64,000 nucleotides of DNA, from assembly GCF_001194135.2 (NCBI RefSeq), contig NC_069003.1, positions 2,534,804-2,598,803 of the forward strand, in the 5' to 3' direction. A program made the translations under genes and the position numbers. The notes beneath the pieces were generated by a model. The model saw only the letters and a program-made list of their open reading frames with translations, had not been told where the DNA came from and searched no databases. This document shows positions 52,403-64,000 of this stretch, one piece after another. This DNA is from Octopus bimaculoides. Lineage: Eukaryota. Positions within the stretch are counted from its first letter, which is position 1. Each line of letters opens with the position of its first letter.

Positions 52403-53744
52403 AACAGAGGTACGTAAACATTGCTACTAACATCGAGTCACACTAAGAACGGTGTCTCTGATGCGATCACCAGCGATGCTAGAAATAGAAGCTAAATCCA
52501 CCTCTGCTAGANNNNNNNNNNNNNNNNNNNNNNNNNNNNNNNNNNNNNNNNNNNNNNNNNNNNNNNNNNNNNNNNNNNNNNNNNNNNNNNNNNNNNNNNN
52601 NNNNNNNNNNNNNNNNNNNNNNNNNNNNNNNNNNNNNNNNNNNNNNNNNNNNNNNNNNNNNNNNNNNNNNNNNNNNNNNNNNNNNNNNNNNNNNNNNNNN
52701 NNNNNNNNNNNNNNNNNNNNNNNNNNNNNNNNNNNNNNNNNNNNNNNNNNNNNNNNNNNNNNNNNNNNNNNNNNNNNNNNNNNNNNNNNNNNNNNNNNNN
52801 NNNNNNNNNNNNNNNNNNNNNNNNNNNNNNNNNNNNNNNNNNNNNNNNNNNNNNNNNNNNNNNNNNNNNNNNNNNNNNNNNNNNNNNNNNNNNNNNNNNN
52901 NNNNNNNNNNNNNNNNNNNNNNNNNNNNNNNNACCACCACCACCACCACCACCACCACATCCCCCATTACCATAACGATCGCCATCGTCATCACCACCAC
53001 AACAACAACAAAAAAAAATCAATGACACCACTTACAACCACCACCACCACCACCACCATCGCAAATATCAGTCACCATCACCATCAGCAACACCATCATC
53101 ATCTTCACCCACAACGTGAACGATATCAACACTACCATTTCCACCACCACCATCACTATTATTAGCCTTACCAATCTTCAGAAGCTGTAACCTTGAGGGA
53201 AGCATTCCTTGCTTAAATTCTGCATTTCTCTTGTATGTGTAGGTATGTACTTATGTATAAATGTATGTACGTACATATTTATATATGCATGTAAATATGT
53301 ATTTATGTATGTATGTATGAATGTTTGTAAATGTACATGTGTGTATGGGTGTAAGTAATTATGTATGTAGGGAGGAATGGATATATATATATATATATAN
53401 NNNNNNNNNNNNNNNNNNNNNNNNNNNNNNNNNNNNNNNNNNNNNNNNNNNNNNNNNNNNNNNNNNNNNNNNNNNNNNNNNNNNNNNNNNNNNNNNNNNN
53501 NNNNNNNNNNNNNNNNNNNNNTATATTATATACATACATATATATGTTCACACATACACACCCACATGCTTATGACACAAACGTGTATATTGCTGCCAGT
53601 GAGAGACTTAGATCCAGGCTCTACTTAATTAGTTCAGCTAAGTGGAATATTCAAAATTGCTGAGAGTGCACAAGAAATCAACAGGTAGTTGGTGATACGG
53701 CTATGTGAGTGTGTGTGTGTGTGTGTCGCTCAGTTTTTAGTGCA

Positions 53745-54030
53745 ACAGGCTCACAATCTTGAGGTAGTGAGTTCGATTCCTGGACCGGGTTGTTGCGTGT
53801 TGTGTTCTTGAGCAAGACACTTTATTTCACGTTGTTCCAGTTCACTCAGCTGTAGAAATGAGTTGTGACGTCACTGGTGCCAAGCTGTATCGGCCCCTTT
53901 GCCTTTCCCTCGGACTATGTCGGTGACTGGTATGCATGGGCGACTGCTGGTCTTCCATAAACAACCTTGCCCGGACTTGTACCTCGGAGGGTAACTTTCT
54001 AGGTGCAATCCCATGGTCAGTCATGGCCAA
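53745..54030 (+). mobile_element. SINE family E (tRNA-like head, TTGAGCAAGACAC...CAGCTGTAGAAATGAG domain)
   Basis: B-box-like GAGTTCGATTCC; partial minus copies at about 27790-27930 and 28150-28290. Confidence 0.7.
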
Positions 54031-54073
54031 AGGAGTTCTTTACATTTTTGTATGTGTGTGCGTGTGTATGTGT

Positions 54074-54105
<32 letters not shown>

Positions 54106-54744
54106 TTAATGTCCATTGTCCATGCTGTCATGGGTTGGACGGTTTGACCAGGGCTGGTAACCTGGAAGGCGGTACCAGACCCCAGTCTGATTTGGCATGG
54201 TTTTCTACAGCTGGATGCCCTTCCTAACGCCAACCCCTCTTTATGCAACATGCATGCAGTTCCAAGTAATATTCTTCACACTTAGCAGCATTCTATCTGA
54301 CTTGACTTTCTGAGTTCAAATTCTGCTGAGGTCAACTTTGCTTTTCATCCGGCCATTTTGTTGAAAGGTGGATGTAAGTGGCAAGAATGGTGCAAGTGAA
54401 CGGACCTGCCCTGAGCATACGAGGAAAGGAAAGAGAGCACGTGCCCCAAAAATCAGGCGACCCGTGGTTTTTTTTATGGGTTTTTTGTTTCCATGAGCAG
54501 CCCTCGAATGTCTCCTCCCTATTGAGGATCACAGTGTTGAATTCTTCTCCTTTTTTATATAATTTTTTTAGTCTTATTCACATGCAAAACCCTCACAACG
54601 CACACACACAAACATAATTCTTTGTTTTATCCTGTTCTGTCCATAACATTTTTTTTAATGTAATCCCTTGTAATTAATAAAGAAATCATTATCGTTCTTC
54701 TTCTTCTTTTTCTTCTTCTTATTATTATCATTATTATATATAGG

Positions 54745-55290
54745 CATAGGAGTGGCTGTGGGGTAAGTAGCTTGCTTACGAACTACATGGTTCTGGGTTC
54801 AGTCCCACTGCGTGGCACCTTAGGCATGTGTTTTCTACTATAGCCTCGGGCTGACCAAAGCCTTGTGAGTGGATTTGGTAGAAGGAAACTGAAAGGAAGC
54901 CCTTCGAATATAAGCACTGTGTGGTAACTAGCTTGTTTGCCAAGCACATGGATCCGGGTTCAGTCCCACTGCGTGGCACCTTAGGCATGCGTCTTCTACT
55001 ATAGCCTTGGGCTGACCAAAGCCTTGTGAGTGGATTTCGTAGAGAGAAACTGAAAGAAGCTCGTCGTGTTTATATATATATATGAATGTGTGTGTATATG
55101 TTTGTGTGTCTGTTTGTCTCCCAACATCGCTTGACAACCGATGTGTCTACGTCCCTGTAACTTAGCAGTTTGGCAAAAGTGACTGATAGAATAAGTACTA
55201 GGCTTACAAAGAATAAGTCCTGGGGTCAATTTGCTCGACTAAAGGCTATGTTCCAGCATGGCCACAGTCAAATGACTGAACCAAGTAAAA
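54745..55290 (+). mobile_element. SINE family A with a tandemly duplicated head
   Basis: Head block occurs twice (about 54745 and 54915) before one tail. Confidence 0.8.
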
Positions 55291-55676
55291 GAGTATTATC
55301 ATTATTATTATTATCATTATTATTATTATTATTACTTGCACTGTAAAAGAGAATTACTGTAACAAAGGACAAACAACGTTTGTCAGATGATCCATTATGA
55401 ATAAATAGGCTTAAACACTCTCCTATCAATAATCGATAGGAGATTGAATAGAAAGGGGTGTAACTGAAAGTTAATACCTGTAATGGTAAAACATTTACCT
55501 TGGAAACATTAACACTAAGACCACAGAAAATATCTGCATCATACAAATCGACCATCTTTGGCTAAAAACATTTGTTTGATTTTTCTGGACTTGAATATGT
55601 GATGCTGAAAGTGAGGTTGTGTCTTATATGACATGTTTCTATGCCATCGTATATATGCATGTATATATATATATAT

Positions 55677-56111
55677 CATCATCATCATCATCATCGTTTA
55701 ACGTCCGCTTTCCATGCTAGCATGGGTTGGACGATTTGACTGAGGACTGGTGAAACCGGATGGCAACACCAGGCTCCAGTCTAATTTGGCAGAGTTTCTA
55801 CAGCTGGATGCCCTTCCTAACGCCAACCACTCAGAGAGTGTAGTGGGTGCTTTTACGTGTCACCCGCACGAAAACGGCCATGCTCGAAATGGTGTCTTTT
55901 ATGTGCCACCCGCACATGCCAGTCCAGGGGCACTGGCAACAATCTCGCTCGAAAATCCTACGGGAGCCAGTCAGGCGGTACTGGCAACGGCCACATTCAA
56001 AATGGTGCATCTCATGTGCCACCCGCACAAGAACCAGTCCAGGGGCACTGGCAACGATCTTACTTGGCTTGCCGGGTCTTCTCACGCACAGCACATTTCC
56101 AAAGGTCTCGG

Positions 56112-56113
<2 letters not shown>
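55677..56113 (-). mobile_element. Young RTE 3'-end copy (3' UTR with internal repeats and (GAT)n tail)
   Basis: Essentially identical by eye to 35529-35774 and 35998-36075. Confidence 0.88.
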
Positions 56114-56158
<45 letters not shown>

Positions 56159-56289
56159 CTTACATGCATGAATGTGCATACCACGCATACATAAATATAT
56201 CTATGTAAACACACACACACACACACACATCATCATCATCAGTTACATGACACCAGCATGAGCTATGACTACTGTTTCACTTGACTTGA

Positions 56290-57085
56290 TGGGTCTGCTC
56301 AAGCACAGCATATCGCCAAAGGTCTCGGTCACCAGTCATTGTCTCTGTGAGGCTCAAAATTCGAAGATCATGCTTCACCACTTAATCCCATGTCTACCTG
56401 GGACTACCTCTACTACAAGTTCACTCCACAGTTAGAGACTGGCACTTCTTTATACCGTTGTCCTTGTCTGTATGCATGACATGACCATACCAGTGCAGTA
56501 ATTTCTTTCGCACACCACATCTGCCCGGCTTTTCTCTCGAGGTGCTTGCACTCTGTCGAACATGCACACTGACATTGCACATTCAGCGAAGCATACTGGC
56601 TTCATTTCTTCCAAGCCTACTCATGTCCTCGGCTGTCACAGCCCATGTTTCACTGCCATGCAGCATAGTTGTTCACACACAGGCATCAAGCGATGTGCCT
56701 TTCACTCTGAGAGAGGGACCCTGAGAGGTGCCCTTTGTTGCCAGCAGAGGTAGGAGCTCTCTGAATTTTGTCCAACCTATTCTTATTCTCACAGCTATGC
56801 TCTCAGAGCATCCTCCTCCACTACTAACTTAGTCACCTAGATAATAGAAGCTATCTACTACCCCTAACTTGCACCCCTGGCAGTTGATGGAGTCTATTTT
56901 CTGTGCATTTTCAGTATTTATTGTACCTGTGCATCTTCCATATGCAAAAGTTAGTTTCCCTGTTAACCTTCTTTTGACATTGCTGCATTTTTGTGTGTTC
57001 AAAGCTTACATCAGGTGCATCTTATGGAGTTTCTACCTACACCTTTCCTACACATCGAGCAGGACCATCTACCTGAAGGGATTTG
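56290..57085 (-). mobile_element. Older degraded RTE LINE fragment with a Cys/His-rich (PHD-like) segment
   Basis: GRWSCSMCRKGVGRNSIRCT*CKL*THK..C...GRC followed by VVDSFYYLGD*VSSGGGCSESIAVRIRIGWTKFRELLPLLATKG; homologous to 37164-37470. Confidence 0.85.
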
Positions 57086-57324
57086 TGATATGTCACCCTT
57101 TCTTCTTAATTAGACTTTAGTGGAGAGAGAGAGAGAGATAGAGAGAAAAGATGATCATGATGATGGTACCAAGGGAGGGAAAATCCCATAAATAATGGAT
57201 TTAGAACGTTTGAAACCATTTCGTGGTCTGCTGCTGTTAACTGTTTCATGTGACTATTTTTCTCTGCATTCCTTGGTGACAATTTTCTTGGTAATTTTTC
57301 AGATTAACACCCGCACGATCTTCA

Positions 57325-57411
57325 CTAGGGTTTTAGGGTCTGGGTTAGGGTTTTAGAGTTAGGGTTAGGGTTGCGGTTAGGGTTAGTGTTTAGGGTTAGG
57401 GTTAGGGTTAG
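57325..57411 (+). repeat. Interstitial degenerate (TTAGGG)n tract
   Basis: About 13 perfect or variant TTAGGG units. Confidence 0.9.
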
Positions 57412-57698
57412 ATTAAGGAAGATTTCTAATTTAACAGAGCCAAGATTAACTACCAAAGCATCACAGTCCCATGATGACTTAACTAGCCGAAACTTCGAAG
57501 TCACTATCGATAATATTTTTTATTATTTTAATATTTATTACTTTGTATTTTTATTATAGGTCTTTTTAGTTTATTTACTTATTAAATATTTCTATATGTG
57601 ACTGTGGATTTTCGTGGATGAATTCAATAATTGTGGGTTTTTTTTTCTCTAAGCCTTGTGAGTGGATTTGGTAGACGGAAACTGAAAAGAAGCCCGTC

Positions 57699-57760
<62 letters not shown>

Positions 57761-58139
57761 TTGTTCCCCCACCATCGCTTGACAATTAATTTTGATGTAT
57801 TTACGTCCCTGTAAGCTAGCGGTTCGGCAAAAGGACCCGATAGAATAAGTACTAGGCTTTCAAAGAATAAGTCCTGGGGTCGATTTGCTCGACTATAAAG
57901 GCGGTGCTCCAGCATGGCCGCAGTCAAAAGACTGAAACAAGTAAAAGAAAAGATATATATATATATGTATGTGTGTATAAGCGCATGTATGTGTGTATGT
58001 ATGCATGTATATTTGTGTGTATATATGTATGTATATTTGTATACATGCATGTATCTATATGTATGTTTGTGTGTTTGCAATTAAAAGTGCTCTTGAAAGC
58101 AGGTTATTATAAAAGTGTTTTGTTTTAGTTTCATATGAA

Positions 58140-58850
58140 TTTGAGAACCATGTGTGTGTGTTTTGAGTGAAAGGTGAGAGTGAGAGGATGTATAAAGTTA
58201 AGGAAGTAGGAGGAAGGTGCGACGGGCGAAAGCAGAGGGCAGAGGAGATATGGATAGAAGGGGTATAATAGGGCGAGAGTAGGAGGTGGAATTGTGAGAA
58301 TGTAATAAGGGTGGAAGATATGAAGGAGGGATATGAAGGGGAGGAGTGAGAGAGAGAGATACTGAGTGTGAGCTCTAATGAAAGCGTGTTAGAGAGAGTG
58401 TGAGTGAGAGTGGAAAGATACGTAACGGTGTGTGAGAGTGAAAGAGAAGTGGGAGGAGCGGGAAGAGAAGGGGTGGTAGTGGAAAGTTACTGGAAAATAT
58501 TTGGCCGTCCAACAAAGTCAGAGAGAGATAGAGTAATACAGAGACAGAGGGGGAGAGAGAGAAGGAGAGGGAAAGATAGTTTTAGTGTAGAATAAAAAGT
58601 GTAATAGAAAGAGAGAGAGAGAGGGAGAAAGAGTGATATATAGATAATGAGAGAGTGAGTTTCTGATCACTGGTGACACATATGGAGTGATATAGAAAGG
58701 GAGAGAAAGGGCGAAAGAGGGGAAACAAATAACTAAAAAAAAAGTTAAGAAAAATATATATAAGAGATGGAAAATTAAATGAAAGAGAGATATATAGAGA
58801 GTGAGAGAAAGAGATATATAGAGAGTGAGAGAAAGAGATATATAGAGAGT

Positions 58851-58912
<62 letters not shown>

Positions 58913-59568
58913 AGTGCAGGGGTGTGGTGTGTGTGAATATGAGTAATAGTATGAGGTGTGTCTGTTTGGTAGTCGTGGTAGTAGTAATTTTAGGAGCCTT
59001 TCTATGTTTGTAATAGTAGTAATGGTGGTGGTAGTAGTAATATTCTATGTCACTATTGTAGTAGTAGTAGTAGTAAATGAGGTGGTAGTGGTGGTGGCAA
59101 TAGAAATAGTTCTGTTTAACACTCGGTCAACCTTAATCGAGCAGAATTATGATCGAAATCATTCCATCCATGGCTAACCATCCGGTTTTTTAATATTTTT
59201 GTGGGTATGTAGGACTACAATAGTGTCAAATATATATATATTGTTTTAATTTTTATATAACACAGTGGGGGGGGGGTATAATTCGTGGGTGTCATTTGAC
59301 TGCTATTTCTAGCAGGTGGATCTGTCACGTAGACGCTTTGTACGGAGCGGCTGTAGTAGTAGTAGTAGCTGGAGGAAGGGTAATGAAATAGACAGAGGGA
59401 GGAAGAGAGAAAGTGTAATAGTTAAAAGGGGAAAGAGAAAGGTAGAGAGATGTAGAGAGAGAGATAGAAATGGAAGGGAGGTAGAGAAAAATTTAGAGAA
59501 TGACGTAAAAAGGGAAATAGAAAAGAAGGAAAAGAACATAGAGGAGTGGTTCGCATATTATATTTTTG

Positions 59569-59607
<39 letters not shown>

Positions 59608-59900
59608 AACACACACACACACACATAGAGAGATAGATAGATAGAGAGAGAGAGATGGGGAGATATTATAGTGGGAGGAAGTGAGCATATAGTAAGAGCT
59701 TCATATTGAAGGTGAGGAAAATAAACGGGGAGGAAGAAGCAATGGATTAGACAGAGAGAGAGAGAAGGGGAGGAAGGTCATAGTGAGTGAGTGAGTGAGA
59801 AACTGAAAGATAATTTGCGAAAAGAGAGAGAAAGACAGCTAGGGAGAATGTGTAGTAGGAAGAGGAGAACAAGTGAGTGGACAGGATAGATAGATAGAAT
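58140..59900 (+). repeat. Purine-rich (GA) low-complexity region with a 24-bp triplicate at about 58785-58860 and a (GA)n run
   Basis: GAGATATATAGAGAGTGAGAGAAA x3, then (GA)n to about 58908. Confidence 0.85.
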
Positions 59901-60277
59901 GAGAAAGAGAGGGAGTGAGTGTTATGTCACTACGTCATGCCTGCTGCCTACCTACTTACCTATCTAACCTTGTCTTTCCCTCTCTCTCTTTTTTTAGTTC
60001 CTCCCACCGCTACTCTTCTTTTATTTAACTCTCTCTTTCTCTACCTCTTTGTCTTCTTTTCCCTTAGCTTGTTCTTTCCATTTGCTTTTCGTTCTTTCTT
60101 TTTACTCTTCCACTTCTTATACTCCCTCCCTTTCTGATGTTTTACTATTACGTATAGTTAAATATACACACGCGCACACGTACATGAGGTGTATATTTTA
60201 TACATACATATGTAGAATGAGAGAGAGAGAGAGAAAGAGACAGTGAGTGGGAGGCAGAAACATCTCTCTCTCTCTCG

Positions 60278-60333
<56 letters not shown>

Positions 60334-60396
60334 GTGGGAGGTAAATATTTTTATTTAGAGACAGAGAGAAAGAGAATACGTAGTGGGAGGTAAAAA

Positions 60397-60431
<35 letters not shown>

Positions 60432-60478
60432 CAAAAGAGAGTGAGATAAAGGGAGTGTAAGGTGGGAGGCAGAGAGAG

Positions 60479-60511
<33 letters not shown>

Positions 60512-61129
60512 AATAATAGAGAGAATGAGGGGTAGTTAGCCAGATAGATATATACAAAATCCAGTCGGAGTAGGAGTGAAATTAATTCGTCTCCTCTCCC
60601 ATTCTTTTAATTGTCTCTTATTCTTATTAAGCAGCATTTCAGAAGAGCTTAGTGGTTAAAGCAAGCCTGTAGGTTGTGTGTAGCCTTGCTCCCAAGCCTA
60701 GTAATGTTGTGTGCCTCCAAGGCTATAGTTATAGACGAAAACTTTGGTCCACAAGTAAAAGAAGAAGCAATGCCTTCCTTACAGCGTAGTGACACGTAGG
60801 TATTATTTGGTATTTTATCTCCCTGCCACCCTGTCTTTTACTCTTTAATATATATTATACACGCCAATCTACTATGAATTATAATTATATATATAAAAAT
60901 ATTTATATAAAGGGCATTATTACAGAAAAATAACAACGCCACAGACGTATTTGTATATATACCCAATTTCTGTGGTTTATATTTGGTTTAGAAACTGCAT
61001 ATATACATATATGTATAAATAAATATATAGTTTTAGGGAAAAGAACCAAGGTTCATGAACTCAATTTAATTTTAATTATTTTATAAATTGATTTTAATTG
61101 AGTTTTTACCTGTAATTTTGGATTTTGTC

Positions 61130-61170
<41 letters not shown>

Positions 61171-61855
61171 GGTTTATAATTAAACTTGCCCTTCTAATGA
61201 TTTATAGTAGTGATTAATATATTTTTAATTTAAAGCTTATTTTTCCGTTTGTCGTTACCAATTTTTGCGTTTCTGATATGAAACGATCTGAAACTCCAGG
61301 TAACGACTAATGGTGTGTATATTCAACGTATCTAGAGAGTATATATACATATATATGTATATATATATATATATAGTCCTATATTTTTATTCTCGTTTGT
61401 AAATTCAAACGTATATTCATTTACTGTCGTTTTCAAGCTCCCGATCATCTCTTATCGAGTGGTACTCATCGAAAGCGTTCTAGCCATGACCATTCCGTCA
61501 GACTTCATAATCCAAAATGTCCTTCCTTTTTCTTTTTCGCCTTTTTAAGATTCTACTTTATGATTTGCGAGATACTTGACTGCTTTTTCTAGCAGCAATC
61601 GCGGCCCCAAGCTCTTTTTTTCCCCTATTAAAAGACCTGGTCACATCGTTCATTCTCTTCTATGGCTTTTCTTTTTATTTTCTCTAATATTTTAATTACT
61701 AAACCATTCCCTTTTTTCGACTTAGCTAGCTTCACCCATATGACCTCCTTTGCAGTCAGTCATTCCTTGAACCAAACCCACACACACACCACTATATCTT
61801 GTGATATCTCTGTTTTCAGAGGCAGCCTTTTGCGCTTACTCGAAATGCACGTATG

Positions 61856-61905
<50 letters not shown>

Positions 61906-62295
61906 GCACGTGTATATGTGTGTGCGCATGACTTTATAATTAATAAACTGTTCTTCAACAATTATATAAGATGTATGTGTGGATATATATATATATATAT
62001 CCATATATGATGTCGATGTGTATGGGTGTATATGTGTATATATATATAACATACTCATGATGCGATATTTGTATATATGACATCATAAATGGGTGTGTAT
62101 TATCTACGCACATTTGAGCATGATATTTTATAATTAAATAGCTCTTAAAAAATATATATACCTATCTACGATGCCATCTTATATATATATATATATACCG
62201 TTATGTGTATAATCATGGGTGTTTGTGTATATGTATCTAGCTTGATTCATCTTTTAATAAACTGCTATCCAAAAATTATTGCTCTGTAGGCATAG

Positions 62296-62360
<65 letters not shown>

Positions 62361-63605
62361 ATCACACCGATACACCTGTACGTTTGTGTATATGCCTATA
62401 TTAATTAGCTGATAATTAATAACCTATTCTCCCAAAATGTGTTTTATACTATATAAAATGCTATCCAGATATTATATGTTCATAATTGACTTTTTGTAAT
62501 AGAAGCAATGAAACACTCTCTCCATCTACCCCACCTTATCAATAAGTGATCTAATTGGAATTCGAAAGATTTATATCTACGACGAAATACATCCAGCTCC
62601 ACGCCGTCATATACTCTGTGCTCCCTCTGCCTGCTAGAAATAGCAATTAAAACCTCCACAAATTATAAATCATCTTAAAGGACACGTGGATTTAATGCAA
62701 GACCTAAAGGTGTTTGTAGGGGGGGGGGACAAAAAACGGGATGGTCAACTTTGGAATGCTTTTATCATACCTAGGTGTACTCTGTTGAGGTTATCGTCCT
62801 CTCACTAAACCTCAACCACCCTCCAATTACTCAAGCATTCAAATCTCAATACATCTTTTAATTTGTAAAATGTGTATAGAATATAATAAATGTAATTTTG
62901 ATTGTAGCGTTGGGTATTTTTCATTCATTGCCCTGATGATTATTGATTTTAGTACCTGGAAGAGATAAGTTAAATGTTTTTGTTTGATGGAGGGGAAATG
63001 AAATTAGCCTAAATCATGAGAACTGTTTAAAAAAAAAAATCTATGTAGATTTTGCTGGTTACAACTTTCGAATCGGAAAAGTTTTTGAAGTTTATCAAAA
63101 TGATTAACGAAATCAAAATTCAACCCACTAACTTTTTAAGATATTCTAGTTGTTTAAAATAAACTTAGCGAAATTAAAAAGGCATGTGTGTGTGTGTATA
63201 TATATATATATATAATGTGTGTCTATAGTGTACATATATATATATAAAATGTGTGCGTATATAGTGTACGTATGTGTAATATATATAAAATCTGTGTATA
63301 TAGTGTACGTATATATAATATAAAATGCGTGTATATATATGTATAGTGTACATATATAATATACTGATATATAATATATAGTGTGTGTATGTATATATAG
63401 TGTACATATACATACATACTTACACGTCATGAATATTAGATTTTTCTTTTTAATGGATGTTTTGTAGATGATAGAAAATAGTGAAATAGACAATTAGTGC
63501 GTCGTAGATGTATATTTCATAGATATATATATACGCCCCTTTTATATGCACGCATTGTCATAGCAATCAAGGTGCTCTAATGAGTGTCCACTGGATGTGT
63601 GTGTG

Positions 63606-63644
<39 letters not shown>

Positions 63645-64000
63645 ACGTTGGTTTATACTGGATCGTTTTTTGATATTATGAAAAGAACGCCCGCTGCTCC
63701 ATTAGACCTACGCTGGGAAAAGACAATTAGAGTAATTATCCTGAATTAAAAATATTAACAATAATTAGCCATGAGTATGTGAGTTAGTGATCATAACTGC
63801 CTATTGTAGATGACTGAAGTTGCGGAAGAAAAAGACTGACTAAACAAAAAAAAATTAGGTTGACTATCAAATATTGTTTTGTTTTTCGGGTCAGTTGTGA
63901 TTGGAGTCGCTCCCGGCGTGCCCAGCCACTCTTGTATATACTTTGTACTACTTTGTTTCGAAGCAGATTTAGCTGCGTAGCTAATCTCTCTCTCTCTCTC

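Noticed and set aside
57325-57411. True chromosome end
   Set aside because: Short, degenerate and flanked by ordinary sequence on both sides

Overview
AT-rich, gapped animal genomic scaffold saturated with microsatellites and interspersed repeats. The SINE families, RTE-type LINEs and TTAGGG motifs look like an octopus/coleoid cephalopod, but that is my recollection, not a database hit. One complete protein-coding gene can be assembled by hand: dynactin subunit 6 (DCTN6/p27) on the minus strand, with 7 coding exons (47636-47658, 26665-26729, 20378-20483, 19475-19554, 16035-16082, 11340-11482, 8714-8797; 549 nt, 182 aa). All phases are compatible and all introns are GT-AG. Intron 4 has minor-spliceosome (U12) signals. 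The rest is repeats: several tRNA-derived SINE families, young and old RTE LINE fragments (one with a PHD-type finger), a decayed Tc1-type transposase with DD36E spacing, and hAT-, piggyBac-, mariner-, possibly Merlin-like and Helentron-like non-autonomous elements. Several palindromic elements carry telomeric TTAGGG repeats. Almost all ORFs in the supplied track are microsatellite or N-gap artefacts. I found no clearly new multi-gene system. The best leads are the telomere-repeat palindromic elements, the U12 intron, possible splicing in the DCTN6 3' UTR and the nested inverted RTE. Most repeat coordinates are approximate.
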